From positions 16,588,945 to 16,652,944 of the forward strand of contig NC_090416.1 of NCBI RefSeq assembly GCF_036365525.1: DNA of 64,000 nt. The letters are read 5' to 3'. The stretch comes from Heterodontus francisci (Eukaryota). Numbering within the stretch: position 1 is the first letter of the stretch; each line of letters starts with the position of its first letter. A model generated the notes under the pieces. That model had not been told where the DNA came from and ran no database searches. It saw nothing but the letters and a program-made list of their open reading frames with translations. This document shows, one piece after another, positions 11,185 through 23,286 of the stretch. The position numbers and the translations under genes are program-made.

Positions 11185-12400
11185 GAATATTCCAGGGTAT
11201 TTGACAGTTTGGAATGACAGGAAGCAAGGAAAAGGAGGTGGTGTAGTTCAGTTAATAAAGGATGAGATCAGTACAGTAGTGAGAAATGATCTTGGCTCAG
11301 AAAATCAAGATGTGGAATCAGTTTGGGTGGAGATATGAAATAGCAAAAATTCATACAGGAGCTGCACTGTGGGACAGAGTATAAATCAAGAAATAAGGGG
11401 GGGCTTGTAAGGAAAATACTGCAGTAATCCTGGGTAATTTTAATCTTCATATAAATTGGAGTAATCAAACTGGTAAAGTTAGATCGAGGATGAGTTCATG
11501 GAGTGTACTCAGGACAGTTTCTTAGAACAATACATTCTGGAACCAATCCGAGAGCAGGCTATTTTAGACCTGGTAATGTGTAAGGAGACGGAATTAATTA
11601 ATGACCTCTTAGTAAAGGAAGAATAGGAAAGTAGAATATTATTTACATGGAGAGAGACCGCAGAATGCTGCAGTACAGAGGGATCTGGGTGTCCTTGTAC
11701 ATGAATCACAAAATGTTAACGTGCAGGTACAGCAAGTAATTAGGAAGGCAAATGGAATGTTGGTATTTATTGCAATGGGGATGGAGTATAAAAGTAGGGA
11801 CATCTTGCTACAACTGTACCGGGCATTGGTGAGACCGCACCTAGAATACTGCATACAGTTTTGGTCTCCTTATTTAAGGAGGGATATACTTGCATTGGAA
11901 GCAGTTCAGAGAAGGTTCACTTGGCTGATTCCTGGGATGAAGGGATTGTCTTATTAGGAAAGGTTGAGCAGGTTGGGCCTGTTTAGAGTTTAGAAGAATG
12001 AGAGGTGATCTTATTGAAAAATATAAAGTCCTGAAGGGGCTTAATTGGGTGGATGGTGAGAGGATGTTTCCCCTCGTGGGGGAATCTAGAACTAGGGGGA
12101 ACAGTTACAGAATACGGGGTCTCCCATTTAAGAAATGAGATGAGGAGGAATTTTTTCTCTGAGGGTCATTAATCTTTGGAATTCTCTTCCCCAGGGAGCA
12201 GTGGAGGCTGGGTCATTGAATATATTCAAGGCTGAGTTGGAGAGTTTTTTGATCGACAAGGGAGTTGATGGTTATGGTGGGGGGCGGAGAGGAAAGTGGA
12301 GTTAAGGTCACAATCAGATCATCCGTGATCTTATCGAATGGCGGAACAGTCTCGATGGCCCGAATGGCCTTCTCCTGTTCTTATTTCTTATGCTTTTATG
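11185..12400 (+). mobile_element. Degenerate, internally deleted CR1 (endonuclease piece fused to RT C-terminus and 3' tail)
   Basis: [20 protein letters not shown] motif; GGCCCGAATGGCCT tail. Confidence 0.8.
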
Positions 12401-12406
12401 TTGAAG

Positions 12407-12688
12407 ATATCGTACCTGCTTTATTCAATAGCTGTCCAGCTCTTTAAAGCCCAAAGTGGCCGTAACTGTTCCTATCTGTGCAGAGACCCCTTGGCAGTAA
12501 TATAATATAATGAAAATAGCCTGGCTGAAACTCCCCGGGTCTGGATATCTCAGTACAGATCGGGGAAGGGGTGGTGGGAGTGCTGGAATCTGGGCCTTCC
12601 CAGCAAGTGTCCTGTAAGGGAACTGAATGACCTCAACGAAGGAACGAGTTCACAGAGGGAGATGAGGCTGATGTGATTGTAGTGTGTG
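12407..12688 (+). pseudogene. Putative highly degenerate Ig light-chain V relic (inverted)
   Basis: Acceptor ttttatgttgaag|; TGT at 12477; PG-ETPRVWISQYRSG block; GAT GAG GCT GAT..TGT AGT GTG at 12661-12686; frameshifted. Confidence 0.5.
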
Positions 12689-13699
12689 CGAACAAGAGGA
12701 GGCCATTCAGCCCTTCGAGACTGCTGTACCATTCCATTAGATCATAGCTGGTCTGTACCTTAACCCCATATACCCTGCTTTAGCTCCATAGTCCTTGCTG
12801 CCCTTACCCAATAAAAATCTATCAACCACAATCTTTATAACTCCAATTTTTAATGAAGTGCATTTCTATAGCGTCTTTCACAACCTCAGGATGTTCCCAA
12901 AGTGCTTCGCAGCCAATGAAATACCTTGAAAAGCAATGTTGGGAAATGAAGACTGGGATGTAGAGCAGGAGGAGTTCAGTTCAGTTCTCCTGAGGGGCCC
13001 AGTCCAGATAATGGGTTGTTTTGTTGTAAATGTGTGACGTGTCCAAGAATGTAACCGTTTAACGGTGTTTCTCGGATTTCCGTCCTGTTTCTGTGTGTTT
13101 CAGAGCAGGGGAACTGGGCCCAGATGCTGCTGCTCTCTGCTGCTTATCAGACAGTGAGCAGGGAGGTTTCGGTTCCTCCCCGAGGCTCCTCTCCCACCCC
13201 CTGCAGCGAGTGACCACACCACCTGCACCACATCACAAACAAGACAAAAACAGCATCGATTTGGGTATCAGGATCTAAAATAAGGCTTTCAGAACACCGC
13301 CCAGGTCCCCTGTGGTTGATGACGAGGGCCTGACCTGAGCTGCATTCAGTGCCATTCTCAGACCCAGTCTGGAACCTCGCTGTTCGGCCATGTGAATCAT
13401 CAACATTGTGGATTTAACTGGACGGATAAACGTTTGATGGCCTTTAAGATACTCCTTAAAACCTACCTCTTTGACCGAGCTTTTGGTCACCTGCTCTAAT
13501 ATCTCCGAATGTGGCTCAGCATTAAACTTTGTTTGCTGACACTCCTTGCGACGTTTTATTACATTAAAGGCGCCATATAAATGCAGATTGGTTGTTGTTT
13601 GCAAATGACAATTCATTGAAGACCTTAATAACTAACCGACTGCAGGCCATGAAGTACATCAACTAAAGCCACAATTAAAACTCAAGGCTTCTGATGTAA

Positions 13700-14020
13700 G
13701 TACAGTACTGAAGGAATACCGCACTGCCGGAGGGGCTATCTGTCACGGAATCTGCCCTCTGTTAAAGATACTGCAACCCCTATTTAGAAAAAGAGTTGGG
13801 GAGATCTCCCCCACCCCCGTGTCTTGGCTGATATTTATCCTTCAATCAATATCACAAAAAAAAAATCACCTGGGTCATTATCTCATTGTTATGTGTGTGG
13901 GATCATGCTGTGCACAAATTGGCTGCTGTGTTTCCTACATTACAACAGTTGACTAGACTTCAAAAAAAAAATACTTGGTTGGCTGTAAAGCGCTGTGGGA
14001 CATTCTGAAGCTGTGAAAGG
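13700..14020 (+). mobile_element. Second Deu-type SINE fragment
   Basis: GGTCATTATCTCATTG..GCTGTGCACAAATTGGCTG..TTGGCTGTAAAGCG core shared with 5400-5950. Confidence 0.55.
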
Positions 14021-14379
14021 AGGCTCACTGTCACCTTCTCAGGGGGACAAATAGTGATGGACAATAAATGGCTGGTCTTACCAGAGATGCCCACATCTCG
14101 AGAATGAAGAAGTGCAGGTTCTGTCTCTCTGGACGCTGTGATGTCCCCTTGTAAAACATATTGAAACTAAATCGTTCTAAAAACATCTGCATAAATACAG
14201 CATCCTCAGACTCGAGATGAGGATTAAACCTACATTTAATACCTCTTTAAGTGCGTGGCCCCTTTAAGGTGTGCTGAGGGACTCTGCTTTTCCAGCACTC
14301 TCTGTCCATTTACTCTTTGAGGTGATGCAACCGATACCCTCTCTGCAGCCGGGGGCTCAGTTAACAGCCCTTCCCTCTT

Positions 14380-14980
14380 ATGGCCCCTAGTTCTGCTCTC
14401 ACCCGCAAGTGGAAACGTCCAGCCTTATCGAGTCCTTTCCTAACCTTAAAGGCCTCTATCAGGTCCTACCCTCCCCCCCTCTCAGTCTTCCCTTTTCAAC
14501 CTATCCTGGTAGCCTATCTCAGTACTGGTACCATCCCAGCACATCTTTTCTTGCACCTTCTCCAGTGTCATTTTATAACATGGAGACGGGAACAGTGCAC
14601 AGTAATTCCAAGTGTGGTCTAACTGAGGTTCCCTACAAGTTTGACTTAATGTATCTGCTTCTCAATTCTATCCCTCGAGAAATTAACCCCGGTGTTTGGA
14701 TTGCTTTTTATATGGCCTTATTCAGCAGCATTGCTGCAGTTACTCTATAACCCTCGATCCACAACCCTATTTAGACTCTTTCTTCCCCACCTCCCCCTCC
14801 CTCCAGGACTAGGTGACCTCATTCATCCTCCCAAAAAGTAGCACCTCACACTTATCCATACTGACCTTCATTTGCCAATTACACACCCATTCTGCATGTC
14901 CTGTCATTTGTGATGGACCTAATATTAACTGCAGCCTCCCCCAATTTGGAGTCATCAGCAAACTCTCAAATTGTACCTGG
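14380..14980 (-). mobile_element. Degenerate CR1-like RT fragment, antisense
   Basis: Reverse complement resembles the RT C-terminal region of the CR1 (e.g. CAAGTGTGGTCTAAC, GTCATCAGCAAAC = FADD on the minus strand). Confidence 0.5.
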
Positions 14981-15126
14981 GGCTAGTCTGTCCCGTGCCA
15001 TCCCATCTCTCGGACCGGGATAGTGAGCAGTTCTCCCTGGGAGGGACGGTATTTTATTCCAAACAGAGGCTTTTCCTGTAAATCACATACAATGATGGTC
15101 TAGTATGGGAGAAACTACACTTTAGG

Positions 15127-15640
15127 ATGGGAGGGTTGTTGAGAGTGTGCAGAGGAGGTTTACTGGAATGGTTCCAGGGATGGGGGAATTCTAGTTATAA
15201 GGTCAGCCAGGAGAAGCTGGGATTGTTTTCCTTGGAGCGAAGGAGATTGCAGGGAGATTTAATAGAGGTGGACAAGATTATGACAGATCTGGATAGAGTA
15301 GACAAGGAAAAACAGTTCCCATTAACTGATGGTACAAGGGCTAGGGGACACAGATTGAACGTTTTGGGCAAGAGATACAGGTGCGGGGGAGGGGGGGTGG
15401 TGGTTGTGAGGAAGAATTTATTTATTATTAAATGCAGTGAGTGACAATGACCTGGAACTCACTGCCAGCAGAGTGGTGGAAGCAGGAGACAATGATTTCA
15501 GTAAGAAACGGGGCAGGGGGAGGGGGCACTTGTAGGAAATAAATTCGCAGGGGGCCACGGGGGGATTGGGACTGACTGGATTGCACTACGGGGAGCTGGC
15601 ACGGGTCCGAGGGGCCGAATAACCTCCTTCTGTGCCAGAA
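15127..15640 (+). mobile_element. 5'-truncated CR1 3' fragment
   Basis: KLGLFSLERRRLQGDLIEV; GGGGCCGAA tail. Confidence 0.75.
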
Positions 15641-15839
15641 ATAAAATCGAATTCGTTTAAAATAGTTAACTCTGCTTGAATATTTTTTTATTAAATCTGC
15701 CCAAAAGAAAAATCCTCAAATCGCCAATATTCGTACAGTTAACCACTGACTTGCACCAATATCCACCTCAACTCACCCCCACCCCCCCCCCCCCCCTCCC
15801 CAGAAGAAAAATAACAGAGCAATTTGAATTCATGTCATC

Positions 15840-15845
15840 TTTATT
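15840..15845 (-). terminator. Probable poly(A) signal of cluster 2
   Basis: First AATAAA on the minus strand after the C stop (330 nt); conserved at 32282, 48969 and 63459. Confidence 0.6.
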
Positions 15846-16174
15846 AAAACAGTCACACACACAGAGATACACTTTTCAATTCTAACAAATGGTACTACTG
15901 AGAGAAAGGAGAGAGGGAGCAGAACCCATCCAGCTCCAAATGGGAATGTACTCCCGGGATAGGTGGTCCTGATATTCACTGTCACCCACCTGCGCCCCCC
16001 AGTTAAAATTGAATCCAAAATTGGATCGTTAAACTGCGATTGAAGTGACTGTTTCAACATCGTTGGCCACATTTGCTACAGTGATTACATTGTAAAACAA
16101 CAACAACAACATTCCACATATTGAATAATATTTCATCAGCAATAAATCAAACTCTAAACCCCAGTTGCCCCCTC

Positions 16175-16503
16175 TCAGTCGGAACAAGCGGTGGAGCTGA
16201 TGGTTTTGAGGAGAGGTGAGCTCAGAGAGCCGTGGTCCACACTGCAGGTATAGCTGGAGCCCTTATTCCAGGCAGTGGCGGGGACTCTCAGGTAACTGCT
16301 CAGGCTGTAGGTTTGATCACTGTCCGTGGACACGGTGCCTGTGGTCACCCCGCTGTCTGTCTCTTTATCATCCACTCTCCAGAGAACCCGCACGAAACCC
16401 GGCTTAAAGCGGCTCACCAGGCAGGACAGAGTAGCCCATCCGGAGTCTATTTCTTCCGAGGAAGGAGGGAGCAGGAGAACTGATGGTTTCCGATCCTCAC
16501 TAC
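16175..16503 (-). CDS. Ig light-chain constant exon, cluster 2
   Basis: C1-set domain (ATLSCLV, W, YTCSVDH), terminal inter-chain Cys in ACSD*, acceptor at 16504-16506. Confidence 0.97.
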
Positions 16504-17832
16504 CTGTGTGTGTGAGAGACAGGGTGGAAGAAAGGAATCTCACTGTTAGTATCAATCATTTTTTCTAAAAGGCACATCCAGAATTAGTAACACATACTAT
16601 AATTTAAAACAAACATTTAACTTGACTTCAGACTTAGGTAGAGACAGTAAATAATATAACAGCCTGAGTGTTTCCAGCACTCGATTTCAGATTTCCAGCA
16701 TCTGCAGGATTTTGCTTTGATTGGATTAAAATTAAATATTTAGTCCAATCTTAACTCCCTGTCAATTGAGAGCTGGACTTGTACATGGATTCGAGACATT
16801 CAGATAAATTAATTAACTGAATATTAAATACAACAGACAATATCGAATTGTTTAAAATTCAGGGGCAGATTAAAATCAAAAGTTTAAAAATTGAGGAAGT
16901 TTCACATTTCGGATAGGCTGTACTGGAGGTCTTATGGAGGTGCTCGGAGTATGTATTGGGAGTAACTCAACCTCCCAGATCCACACTCAGAGTTCGGTGA
17001 TCACCTCACCAGGAAAAATTCTTTATTTAAATAAAAAAGGTTTTAAAAGTAATAAAGTTCGGGGCGGTTTCCATTTAGAAAGTAGGTTAGACACTTCACA
17101 TGAAGGAATGACAGCCGGAAGGAGGGGGCTGGGAAGGGAGACAGGGGGTCGGGGCTAATGGGACCGGGTGCATTAGGAACAGACAAGATGGGGGGGCGCA
17201 GAATGAGGCCATTCGGTCCATCGAGTCCGTGCCGCAGCCTAATCCACCTCCCAACTTTGGGAGTCTTTTTTTGAGGTGGGGGAGGGGGTGCTAGTGTCAA
17301 ACTCGACCCCCTTTGAGTGTGAGTAAAATTCCTGTTTGTAAATCTTCCAGCAACACCCGGGGCAGGCTCGCTATTTATACAACAGTGCAGCGAATAGACG
17401 GAGAAGTCCACACCTGCACACTGCAGACCTGGCCGAACAGACTCGAGGGGCTGAATGGCCTTTCTCCCCTGTTCATTCTGCATTTTTTTTTGCCAATGGA
17501 GTTTTTCTTCGGTTCTGAGGAAAGGTCAGAGACCCGAAACTGTTCACCGTTTCTCCCTCTCTCTCCGCAGAGGCTACCCAGACCTGCTGAGTATTTCCAG
17601 CATCTTCTGTTTTTTTATTTCAGATTTCCAGCATCCGCAATTGTTTTGCTGCTATTTTAGTGTTTATTTTTCTACCCTCCAGAATCCAAATTCCCAGCAC
17701 TGAATCAGTGGACAGAAAAATAAAAATCTGACCCAATTTGTTTTCACCGTTATCAGGGCAGATCCGATTCTGCAACAATAAATGAATAAATAATTGAAAC
17801 AATATGAATGATAGGATGAGGGAATTACTTAC

Positions 17833-17869
17833 TCCGTAAACTCAGGGCGGTCCCAGGTCCGAAGGTAAA
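17833..17869 (-). CDS. J segment, cluster 2
   Basis: Identical to J1; donor gtaagt. Confidence 0.95.
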
Positions 17870-17908
17870 CACAGTGCAGTGTTTTAATGGGACGGGTCAC
17901 CTAAAACC
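17870..17908 (+). other. 23-RSS of J2
   Basis: CACAGTG, 23 nt, CCTAAAACC. Confidence 0.85.
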
Positions 17909-18223
17909 CAGGCTGGGAAGAAAGAGGGGAAAATATTAATAATCTGTCCTTTATTACATTCCCTTTCACATTCTGCCTTTCACAGGGGCCGGAATGCTGA
18001 GAGTCTGGAGAAAGATTTTCACATATCAGTGAGGAAACCTTGAGAATATCAGTGTTTACCTACCCAGCTAATAGTCCAAATATTGGGGAAAATCCAAATA
18101 AACCCATGGAAACCCAGTGAGATTTTCCACAAGTTACATATGGAATATTTCTGAAACTCATTTCACAGTCTCAGGCAGGAATATTTCAGTAGCTGTTGGA
18201 ATTCTGAGTGGTTCAGTTGGTGC

Positions 18224-18251
18224 AGTTTTTGTATTGCCCTGTCTCACTGTG
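18224..18251 (-). other. 12-RSS of V2
   Basis: CACAGTG, 12 nt, ACAAAAACT. Confidence 0.95.
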
Positions 18252-18580
18252 TATGTAGCCTGCTGAGGTATCCGCGGCAGCACAGTAATAGACGGCGGAG
18301 TCTCCCGGTTCCAAGCTGCCGATGGTCAGAATGTGACTGTTACTGGAGGTGTCTCTGGAAGGTTGAAAACGGTCCGTGAAGCCGGTGCCTCGATAGATGC
18401 TACCACTTGTAGAGTGGGCTAACATCCACACGGGAGCCTCCCCGGGTCTCTGTTGGAACCAGTACATGTGGTAACTGCCCACGTTGCCGTTCTGCATCGC
18501 ACACTTTAACTCGGAGGTCTCACCGGTGGAGACTGGGTCTGAAATTGGGGTCTGATTGAGGACAGGAACCGCCAGGACAC
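18252..18580 (-). CDS. V exon, cluster 2
   Basis: Open frame; CDR1 GNVGSYHMY, CDR2 AHSTSGSIY, CDR3 AAADTSAGYI. Confidence 0.95.
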
Positions 18581-18742
18581 CTTCAACACAAAACACAAGA
18601 GAGAGAAAAAAACATTCAGTTTATTGGAGCAAAAAAGCACACTGATAAATAAACAGGCCGGGCTACCAAATCCCTTTGCTTCCTAATCTAATGGTTTACA
18701 AATGAATAATTGAGTAACGTTCTGGTAACATAAGTCTCTCAC

Positions 18743-18791
18743 CTGTTAAATGGAGTAGCAGGGTCCCCAGGAGATACATTACTGCAGCCAT
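18743..18791 (-). CDS. Leader exon, cluster 2
   Basis: Identical to leader 1. Confidence 0.92.
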
Positions 18792-18892
18792 TCCCTCTGG
18801 GGGGGAAAAAAACCCGTGAAGAATTAGTGAGCAGGGTTTTACTGTAATTCCAGAAAGTGGATCCAGTTACAGTGCCGGACAAGGTGAGACCA

Positions 18893-18928
18893 GTATCTAT
18901 TATATGAACCTGTATGCAAATACAGGGA
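18893..18928 (-). promoter_or_regulatory. V promoter, cluster 2 (octamer 18914-18921)
   Basis: ATTTGCAT on the minus strand. Confidence 0.85.
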
Positions 18929-19912
18929 GGGTTGAGAGGAGCAGGGGCGGCGGGGGGGGGGGGGGGGGGGGGTGCGGGGGGGGGGGGGTGGTGGACCAGA
19001 CCAGATTTTTTTTATTGAGCCTCTATTGGTCCCCAATTAAACATTTCCATGTATTTATTTCCACCGAGTTGAGGGTTAATTCACAATAATTTCTGATTTT
19101 AACCCCCCCTTCTCATGTCAAGAGTGTGAGATTTAAAAGAACAACTGTAGAAATTGCACATTTTATCCCAGATGGTCAAAGACAAAAGCCCTTCAGAATC
19201 CAGTGCCTTGAATTCATCCAGAACAAGTTTAACCCAGCGATAGTTAAGGATTTGTTTTTTTTTATATTTGGGTCTGCAATGTGTACTTAAACACATATCT
19301 TTATATCCAACACGCTGGTGTTTGAAACAAAGCAGTTCATTGGAAGGATTGGAATGGAAGAGATTGACTGGACTGCTTCTCTGAGCTGCTCTTTTTTCCT
19401 ATCCGCCACTGTACAAGTGCACTGCTTGTCCTGGCGTTTGAGCCGAGTGTCGGGTCAAAACACTCGTTTCTCACTCAGGCCGACGTTCAGAAACAGCCAG
19501 AATCAACTCCAATATCCGTTTTAATTGGTAATGCAACGAGGAGTGAGATTCTGACCGGGCAAGCTGACTGCTCGGCTAGTTTCTGTGTTGTGTCCGGATC
19601 CTGTGTTAAGTCCAGTTTCAATGAAATGTGTTTTCCTGCTGCAACAGTTCCTGCCCTGACTTTTTTTTGTTGCAACTAAACCACATGTATCGGAACCTCA
19701 GTCCCAGGCATACATTTGTTTTAACATTCCATTTCAGATGTTTTATGTCAATCACTCGATGCCAAGGGAAAACTTGCAACAAGTTGCTCGTGAGAGGAGT
19801 TAGTTTCTTTAAAATGAATATTTTCTATCTTTTTATTTAAAATTCACTTAATTGGATGTGGACATCACTTGGCCCTGCCCGCATTTATTGCCCATCCCTC
19901 ATTGCCGTTGAG

Positions 19913-20264
19913 GGCGGCACAGTGGCGCAGTGGTTAGCATTACAGCCTCACAGCTCCAGGGACCCGGGTTCGATTCCGGGTACTGCCTGTGTGGAGTTTG
20001 CAAGTTCTCCCTGTGTCTGCGTGGGTTTTCTCCGGGTGCTCCGGTTTCCTCCCACAAGCCAAAAGACTTGCAGGTTGATAGGTAAATTGGCCATTATAAA
20101 TTGTCACTAATATAGGTAGGTGGTAGGGTAATATAGGGACAGGTGGGGATGTTTGGTGGGAATATGGGATTAGTGTAGGATTAGTATAAATGGGTGGTTG
20201 ATGTTCGGCACAGACTCGGTGGGCCGAAGGGACTGTTTCATTGCTGCATCTCTAATCTAATCTA
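19913..20264 (+). mobile_element. HE1-like tRNA SINE (copy 2)
   Basis: Same position and sequence as 3585-3936. Confidence 0.85.
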
Positions 20265-21271
20265 AAGGTGGTGGTGGAGTCGCCTTCTTGAACTGCTACA
20301 GTGCAGTGGTTTTTGTACAACAGAACTGAGGGCAGTTAAGAGTCAACCACATTGCCGTGGGTCTGGAGTCACATGTCGGCCAGACCAGGTGAGGACGGCA
20401 GATTTCCTTCCCTAAAAGGACATTTGTGAAACAGATGGTTTTTTGTTAATGAACATTCAATTTATGGTCACCATTACTGAGACTAGGTTTCAATTCCAAT
20501 TTTTCTTTTAATTAATTAGTTGAATTTAAATTCCATGGTGGGATTTGAACTCGTGTCTCCAGAGCATTATCCTGGGCCTCTGGATTAGTAATATCTAGTG
20601 CCATAACTACTACGCCACCTTGTGATGGATCAATATTAATTCTAGAAATGTGATAGGATTTGAGCCAGTGAAAGGGAGAGGGTGGGAAGAAGAACAGCAG
20701 GGAAGGTCTGTGACAGGGGTGGAGGGCAGGAGAGATTAAATGACAAAAAGGGTGTCAAGGTGCAAAGCCAAAGGGAGTGGTAATAAAAGATGTGTCTGGA
20801 GGAGATGTGAATGGCAGGATCGGAACACAAAGTAAAGGAAATAAGAGGTAAACAAGAGAGATAAAATAACAAATCAGCAAAGAAAAGGGCAACAAAAATG
20901 AGGGCAGGGGGGTTACAAACTAAAATTGTAGAATTCAGTGTTGAGTCCGGAAGGTTGTAGAGTGCCCAGTCGAAAGATGAGGTGCTGTTCCTGCAGTTAG
21001 CCTCCGATTACTGACATGTTCAGTCAAGTCAGTGTCGACTAGCTGCCCCCTAGACAGAGAATTTCACCCCTCCCCCATTCAAAATCCATTTCTGATTGGT
21101 CTCCACAGCAGAAACAGACCCACCTCCCTCCCCTCCCACCAGCAGATTCTCTGGGTCATTTTCAACTAACCCTAACCTGCATTACTATAGAGACCTCAGG
21201 ATGTCCTAAAGACAGACAAATAAACACCTGTTTTGAAGTTTTGTCATTGTAACATCGTAATAAAGTGTTTT

Positions 21272-21359
21272 CCCCTGCTCCCCTTGACCCCCTCCCTGTA
21301 TTTGCATATTGACTAATATATAGATACTAGTCTTCTCCGGGTTCCCGGAGTTACAGTAA
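21272..21359 (+). promoter_or_regulatory. Inverted V-promoter paralogue (octamer 21300-21307)
   Basis: Same as 4934-5021. Confidence 0.8.
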
Positions 21360-21862
21360 TATTGTTGAAGTGAAAGCACAATTGCTAAATGTGTGAGAAG
21401 CTGAACTCAGCTTTGCCCATGTAGTTGAATGGAGAGTGCACATATGTAGTTAAATGGAGTCATCCTCGTATGTAGTTAAATGGAGTCATCCGCGTATGTA
21501 GTTAAATGGAGTCATCCACGTATGTAGTTAAATGGAGTGTGCCAGTGTGTAGTAAAAAGGGGTTGCACACATGTCGAATGGAAAGAAGTTCAGCACCTCT
21601 AGGTTCATAGAATCTCTCACTTTGCACAGCAGATGTCACATGGCTGCAGCTTTGCCCAGGGAGCCTACCCGGTTCACACAGGATAGGCCAGGTGTTAAAG
21701 CAAGAGCATTTGGTGTTGCCTATTGAAGCTTGCACAGCGGTTAAAGGAAAATACAATTAAAGCTCACAAGATGGGAATCTTGTAAAGTGTCAGCCATGGC
21801 CTCGTGGCTTCAAGTCACAATCCAGAGACTTGAGCACAAAAAGCAGTCTCACATTCGCCGTG

Positions 21863-22090
21863 TAGTACTGAGGGAGTGCTGCACTGTCAGAGGGTCAGTA
21901 CTGAGTGAGTGCCGCACTCAGAGGGTCAGTACTGAGGGAGTGCTGCATTGTCAGAGGGTCAGTCCTGAGGGAGCGCTGAACTGTTGGAGGGTCAGTACTG
22001 AGGGAGTGCTGAACTGTTGGAGGGTCAGTACTGAGGGAGTGCTGCACTGTCGGAGGGTCAGTACTGAGGGAGTGCTGCACTGTCTGAGGT
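21863..22090 (+). repeat. 33-bp tandem repeat, ~7 copies, inside a Deu-type SINE
   Basis: As 5473-5700. Confidence 0.9.
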
Positions 22091-23043
22091 GCCATATTCA
22101 CAAGTCCCCCTCAGGTGGACATTATCGATCCCATGACTCTATTTGAAGGAGAGCAGGTGCCCTGGACAATATATATTCCAACATTAACACCTAAAGCTGT
22201 AACTGGTCATTATCACATTGCTATTTGTGGGAGCTTGCTGTGTAAATGACTGTCAGATTTCCTGCATTTCAACAGTGACTACATTTCAAAACACACTTCA
22301 AAAGTACGTCATTAGATGTAAACCACTTTGGGGCAGCCTAGTGATCAGACCTCTCTGTCTCTCCATCTGTCTATCTNNNNNNNNNNNNNNNNNNNNNNNN
22401 NNNNNNNNNNNNNNNNNNNNNNNNNNNNNNNNNNNNNNNNNNNNNNNNNNNNNNNNNNNNNNNNNNNNNNNNNNNNNNNNNNNNNNNNNNNNNNNNNNNN
22501 NNNNNNNNNNNNNNNNNNNNNNNNNNNNNNNNNNNNNNNNNNNNNNNNNNNNNNNNNNNNNNNNNNNNNNNNNNNNNNNNNNNNNNNNNNNNNNNNNNNN
22601 NNNNNNNNNNNNNNNNNNNNNNNNNNNNNNNNNNNNNNNNNNNNNNNNNNNNTTCTCTCCATATCTATCTATCTCTCTATCTATCTATCTATCTATCTGT
22701 CTATCCATCTATCTGTCCATCTCTTGCTATCTATCTATCTATCTGTTTATCTATCTGTCTGTTTATCTATCNNNNNNNNNNNNNNNNNNNNNNNNNNNNN
22801 NNNNNNNNNNNNNNNNNNNNNNNNNNNNNNNNNNNNNNNNNNNNNNNNNNNNNNNNNNNNNNNNNNNNNNNNNNNNNNNNNNNNNNNNNNNNNNNNNNNN
22901 NNNNNNNNNNNNNNNNNNNNNNNNNNNNNNNNNNNNNNNNNNNNNNNNNNNNNNNNNNNNNNNNNNNNNNNNNNNNNNNNNNNNNNNNNNNNNNNNNNNN
23001 NNNNNNNNNNGCGGAGTTCCAGACCGGTAAGTGCAAAAACCTT

Positions 23044-23270
23044 ACTTCGGGGATTCTCGGACAGACTCGGAGGGCGGAATTAACCTCGGTGATTCTCGGA
23101 CAGACTCGGAGGGCGGAGTTAACCTCGGGGATTCTCGGACAGACTCGGAGGGCGGAGTTCACCTCGGGGATTCTCGGACAGACTCGGAGGGCGGTGTTCT
23201 CCTCGATGGGTCGAAGGGCCTGTTTCAGTGCTGTATCTCTAAATAAAAAATAAAAATAAATAAAATAATA
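23044..23270 (+). repeat. 39-bp VNTR (4 copies) plus CR1-type tail
   Basis: As 6666-6850. Confidence 0.85.
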
Positions 23271-23286
23271 TTTATAGTAGAAATCT

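Noticed and set aside
13010-13070. J relic of the inverted fossil cluster (GTAACCGTT = VTV)
   Set aside because: No FGxG and no convincing RSS; indistinguishable from chance
16504-16555. ORF-track N-terminal extensions of C and V (MILTVRF.., MFCVE..)
   Set aside because: Intronic sequence upstream of clear splice acceptors
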